DNA of 64,000 nucleotides from Bugula neritina (Eukaryota > Animalia > Bryozoa). Position numbers and translations under genes: made by a program. The notes beneath the pieces were generated by a model. It saw only the letters and a program-made list of their open reading frames with translations. It was not told the origin of the DNA and made no database searches. Below, piece by piece: positions 50,045 through 64,000 of the stretch (positions within the stretch are counted from its first letter, which is position 1; every line of letters begins with the position of its first letter). Location of the stretch: contig OZ037773.1 of assembly GCA_964035545.1 (NCBI GenBank), positions 4,679,751 through 4,743,750 on the forward strand, read 5' to 3'.

Positions 50045-50720
50045 CTCTACATTAACTCTAAAATACTAGCTCTACAATAACTCTTTACTAGTTATAACAT
50101 ATTAACTATATATATTATATTTATATATATCTCAGCACTAAATAGCTTTATTAATATTATCATTAGCATTATAGCTCTGCTGCTTTTACCTCCCTCATAC
50201 TCATACTCACGCCTCCAAGTTAAACTAAACTCAACTATGAATAAACAAATAAAGTGTTACAATAAGATAGAAGTTACTTTCTCTTGACTTGCTCAGTATA
50301 TTTTATAAAACCAACAGACATAATATTTTATATATTATTTTACAATGCTCATATTATTTCAAAAAACTTTAGTTTACTAACTGTTCATGCAATTATTGCT
50401 TATAAGATAATGTCTTTAGCAATCAAATACTGGCTGAAATAATTTTAAAATGAAGTAAAATTACTTAATTTTCAATGTTTAACTTTATTTTATAGCATTC
50501 TTTGAGCACAAATATAATTATGGCTTAACTAAACAGCCGTAACAGTACTTTAGCTAATTCTAGGTATTTCAATCGTACAGGTTTATAATGAATATAATAA
50601 TTAAATATGCTGACAAGCGCTAGCTCTTACCTGCTTAGCTTGACTAGAGGCAGCGTCAGCCAACTCCACTTCAAGCAGCAGCGATGCCACAATGAGAAAA
50701 GCTAACTTCAATGGCAGCAT
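47993..50720 (-). CDS. Orphan secreted prepropeptide, 4 coding exons, 211 aa (signal peptide, two cationic chains, acidic spacer, basic cleavage sites)
   Basis: Exons 50720-50631, 49784-49635, 49212-49105, 48280-47993. All introns are GT-AG and phase 0 (donors GTAAGA, GTATGT, GTATGG; acceptors TTTTGCAG, TATATAG, TCCTACAG). N-terminus MLPLKLAFLIVASLLLEVELADA is signal-peptide-like; AATAAA overlaps the stop. No family recognised. Confidence 0.78.
48747..49038. mobile_element. Long-TIR MITE (~62-bp TIRs) inserted in palindromic AGCCTAGGCT site
   Basis: GGGCCACAAGGTGCGTATTTTCGCATGCGAAAATTGAAGTCACAAGTAGCAAAGGTGTCCACT and its near-perfect reverse complement; TA (or CTAG) duplication. Confidence 0.85.
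49977..50043. repeat. (TA)n microsatellite
   Basis: Pure dinucleotide run of about 33 units. Confidence 0.95.
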
Positions 50721-52188
50721 TTTGAATCACCGCCTGGCAGAGTACACAAACAGTGCTCATTCTAACTTAATTTAGTTACCTGGTACTTTTGGGAAAAGGC
50801 AGATGGCAGGTTCATTGACATATGCATTAGGAGGAAATGGATATAAAACTGTTGATATATCACCTGAGCTGTTCAAATATATAAATTTGATAACAAAAAA
50901 AGATTAGTAGCCCAAATTTTCATTTTCTGCAACATGTAACCATTTGCTACAAAACCAAAACAGTATATTATAAAGCAAAAGTTGTATCGCTAGCTGTACA
51001 AAATTTAAAAATGCATATATATCTTTTTTAATTTAATACATGTTTCATTAAAGTTTTTAATATAAAACTATAACTTTTCAAAACTCATATGGTGTGACAG
51101 AAACCCTACTGATTAAAATTTAGATTAAATAATTTATTCTTAGGAATTTCAGCTTTACTCCATAATGATTGCTCAACTTTAATGTGAACATATTGGAATA
51201 CAATTTGTTAGATATGTTGCAATACTTTCAAGATTTGATGCTTTAGCCTGTGTATAACACCTATTAAATTGATCCAATATGCTTTACAACTGGAGAAGCT
51301 CATTAAGTTGAGCAGACAATTCTCACTGTAGATAAAGGATAACAAGTCTGCTGCACAACATAAAATGAAGTCTAGATTTGCATAGAGAGTTATGATTGAT
51401 ATTTGCTATAAGTCACTGTTTGGCATTCTTTCAACATCAATTCAAGATGGCAACCTTTGTATGTGGATTGCAGGGACACTTGTGTCTGTGTTTGAGAATG
51501 TGACTGTTACACAATATTGCCAGTTACATAATATTGCCTTTTACATATTACTACCAGTTTCTAGATATTGCTAGTTGCATATTATTGCCAGTTGTTAGAT
51601 AAGACTAGTTGTGAAGCATTACTAGTTTTTCGATATTATCAGCTTTATATAAATATGCTGGTAGGGAAAAATTAATAATATGCTGCAGGTAAAGCTCACC
51701 AAGATCATGCAGGTAAAGATCACCAAGATGATGTTGGGTGGTTTCAAAAACATCAATAATTCAATCACATATATTGCTTACCTTTGAAAATAATTGGCTT
51801 ATAGTTTATTCAAAAAACTTATTTTTTTCGGTATTTAAGTGGTAAATGCTCAATCAACTTTCTTATTTAAATTTTAGTTTCAATTTAATTAATTAAGCTT
51901 TAAATTTTTTACTTAATTTTGTGAAATAACATCTAAATGACTTATATCTGTGGTTTATTCTAATGGGCAAACAACTTTTATGCAGTAAATGTATAATATC
52001 AAAACTGTTTAAAAAAACTCCAAGATTTTGATTTACCTTTCACATAGAAGCCCTGCAACAGAATCTAGATGTTTATACTTGCAATAAAATTGCTACTTGG
52101 TTATAAAAATTTTAGTGATTGAACTTTTTGCTAACTAATGTTTTGTAAATAATTGTTAATTTGTTGGTATATATGATGATTACAATTA

Positions 52189-52354
52189 GAGGTAGATGCA
52201 GTAATGGAGAAATTGAGAAAAGCCTGTGTTCTAGATAAAAAATGTAACAAAAGAAGTTATGTTCTGGCAAGAATTTTAACCCACGCCCCAAACCAAAATT
52301 TAACAAAAGTTTAAAGAGCTCAGGCTATCTCAATTTCTTCACAATTGCTCCTAA
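52189..52354 (-). mobile_element. Foldback family A, copy 4
   Basis: Reverse complement of 8661-8825 over its full length. Confidence 0.75.
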
Positions 52355-53059
52355 GTGTACAATAACAGGTCATACTGTACCTATCAGTAAACATATAATC
52401 TCAGTCATTATGAAAACACTTCAGTCATTTTTGTGTTCTTCTATATCCGATGTTGAATGAGTCACTCTGAGTTTGACATCTGCTAATAAATTTTAGTATT
52501 TGAAACACAATGATGAATATAGGACACTTGATGAAATATTCAGAATGCACATGGCATAACACGAGCCTTCATTTACAGCAAAAATTAAACCAGTAATTCA
52601 CTCCTCACCAACCACTATACATAATATTTCAGTTTAGTGATATTCACTTATAGTAAAACAAGCCTGGAGGTTTGATTATGCTGTGTGGTTGAAATATACA
52701 TATAAATAGTGGTCACACCACAACTTGTGAAGTTTGACAGTGGAACCTAGGCTAATATTTTCATCAGATAAATGACTTCCTTAGAATCATGGAATGCTGT
52801 ACCACATCCAAAGTACTAACTACTCACCATATTAAATGTTTATTACTGATATAACAGACCTAATATACTGAAGAGTCACGATAAGATTAACAGCTATATA
52901 GGGCCATACACACTTATCTGAAGAAGAACATTAGTACAGACCTAATGATTGGCTATGTTTCAAAAGGTAAATGATACAAAGACACTTATTGGTCAGTTTT
53001 TCAAATAGAAGAGTTGAAAGAATAGAATATACTGATAGTTGTTGTTATAAGGTTGAATC

Positions 53060-62803
<9,744 letters not shown>

Positions 62804-63444
62804 GTAAAGTTTCAATATGCTTCATTCATGTCTAGGTAAAATTGTGTTTTGTATAGGAGTTGTTTACACCATGTAAATGCTGTCGGAAAACCATAACGTG
62901 AATCTACTTTACGACAATTAGAAAACTGCTGCAGCTAAGCTTTCGTATTACATAGAGCAATTGATACTGTAATATTTATGGAGAGATGTGCCTATAGCCA
63001 AGCCTCCCATGTAAACATTTCCAACATTTTGAATTTATTTTAAAATGAGTTTTGAAAACTGAGAAAAAAGTTAAACTTAAATTTACTCTATATAAATGTA
63101 TTTTGTATACCAGCTAAACAATACCCTGATAACCATTGTATATTATTTCACTTTATATGAGTATTATGCTACTAGAGTGATTCATTATAATACGATTTCA
63201 CATCATTGTCAGTAAATTGAACTAAAGTTTTTTTAAAGATAAGCATCTTCATGCTGTGAATTATTTCATTAAAAGCACTTATAATCAAACAGTTTGCATA
63301 ATTTATTGCAAATTCATGTAAATAACTTAATAAGCATATTGTAATTCAAACATGCAGCTCTGTATTATAAAAAACCAAATCGTTAGTGTTATGTTTCCAT
63401 GATTTTTTACCAAATTGTTTATTTGGATGCTATAGAAAAACTTT

Positions 63445-63515
63445 GCTTCTATTGGGACTCGAACCCTAGACCTCTGGCTTGCAAACAGGTGAGCTAACCA
63501 TTACACCATGAAGGC
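63445..63515 (-). pseudogene. tRNA-like sequence (pseudo-tRNA or SINE head); second degenerate copy at ~63671-63759
   Basis: Minus strand GCCTTCATGGTGTAATGGTTAGC...GGGTTCGAGTCCC has A and B boxes but mismatched acceptor and anticodon stems. Confidence 0.6.
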
Positions 63516-64000
63516 CACTGGGTAAACTCGACACTACATCCTACCCAGTTCTCTGAACTCCCCTGACCTCTCTACTACTCCATCAGTCTTGAGACTACCC
63601 TGGCCTTTCATCCCCTCGGAGTACTACTACACTTCACTATAAAGGCCTAAATGGCTTATAGTAAAACTTTGCCCCCAATGGGATTCGAACCACAGGCCAA
63701 AAAGTGGGGGACTTTGTAAGCCGAGACCTCTAGCTTACAAGCAGTTGTACCGAAAGGGCCACTGGGTAAACTCAACAGTACAATTGCTAAAGTTAGAAAT
63801 GAAGCAACAAAATAAATAAGCACTACAAAATAAAATACATTATAAACTAAAAAACTCTTACAAGCTATTGGTTTGATAAACTCTGATTAATTTTTGTATG
63901 ACTGTACCTGATTATGGACATACTTTAACAAAATTCAAAATATATATAATAATTTGATTAATACACGTTAAAATATCTCAGCAGCAATTTGCCTGGTATC

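Noticed and set aside
63445-63515. Functional tRNA gene
   Set aside because: Acceptor and anticodon stems are mismatched and a degenerate twin lies next to it; called pseudo-tRNA or SINE head.

Overview
AT-rich, intron-dense eukaryotic DNA from an invertebrate animal; the species cannot be assigned from sequence alone. I assembled exons by hand using splice signals, phase continuity and family motifs. This gives seven protein-coding genes: NUDT14-like UDP-sugar pyrophosphatase (-, with an extra hydrophobic C-tail); a divergent class II Rel/NF-kB factor (+, 546 aa); BABAM2/BRE (-, 386 aa); an SLC25A45/48-like mitochondrial carrier (+, 310 aa); an orphan class A GPCR (+, 496 aa); a 4-exon secreted prepropeptide gene with no homolog I recognise (-, 211 aa); and an SMPDL3-like acid sphingomyelinase-like phosphodiesterase (+, runs off the window). 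An intact CR1-group LINE sits in the first SMPDL3 intron. Several MITE and SINE families and many mini/microsatellites are present. The strongest novelty candidate is the orphan precursor at 47993-50720: signal peptide, cationic chain with one Cys, KRRR, acidic spacer, RR, then a second cationic chain with one Cys, lying tail-to-tail with the orphan GPCR. Other notable signals are tandem repeats built from splice-site sequence, period-3 AT tracts flanking both divergent promoters, kB-like sites in the Rel gene itself, an inferred GC-AG intron and an AUG-less LINE ORF2 junction. All family comparisons are from memory; no searches were run.
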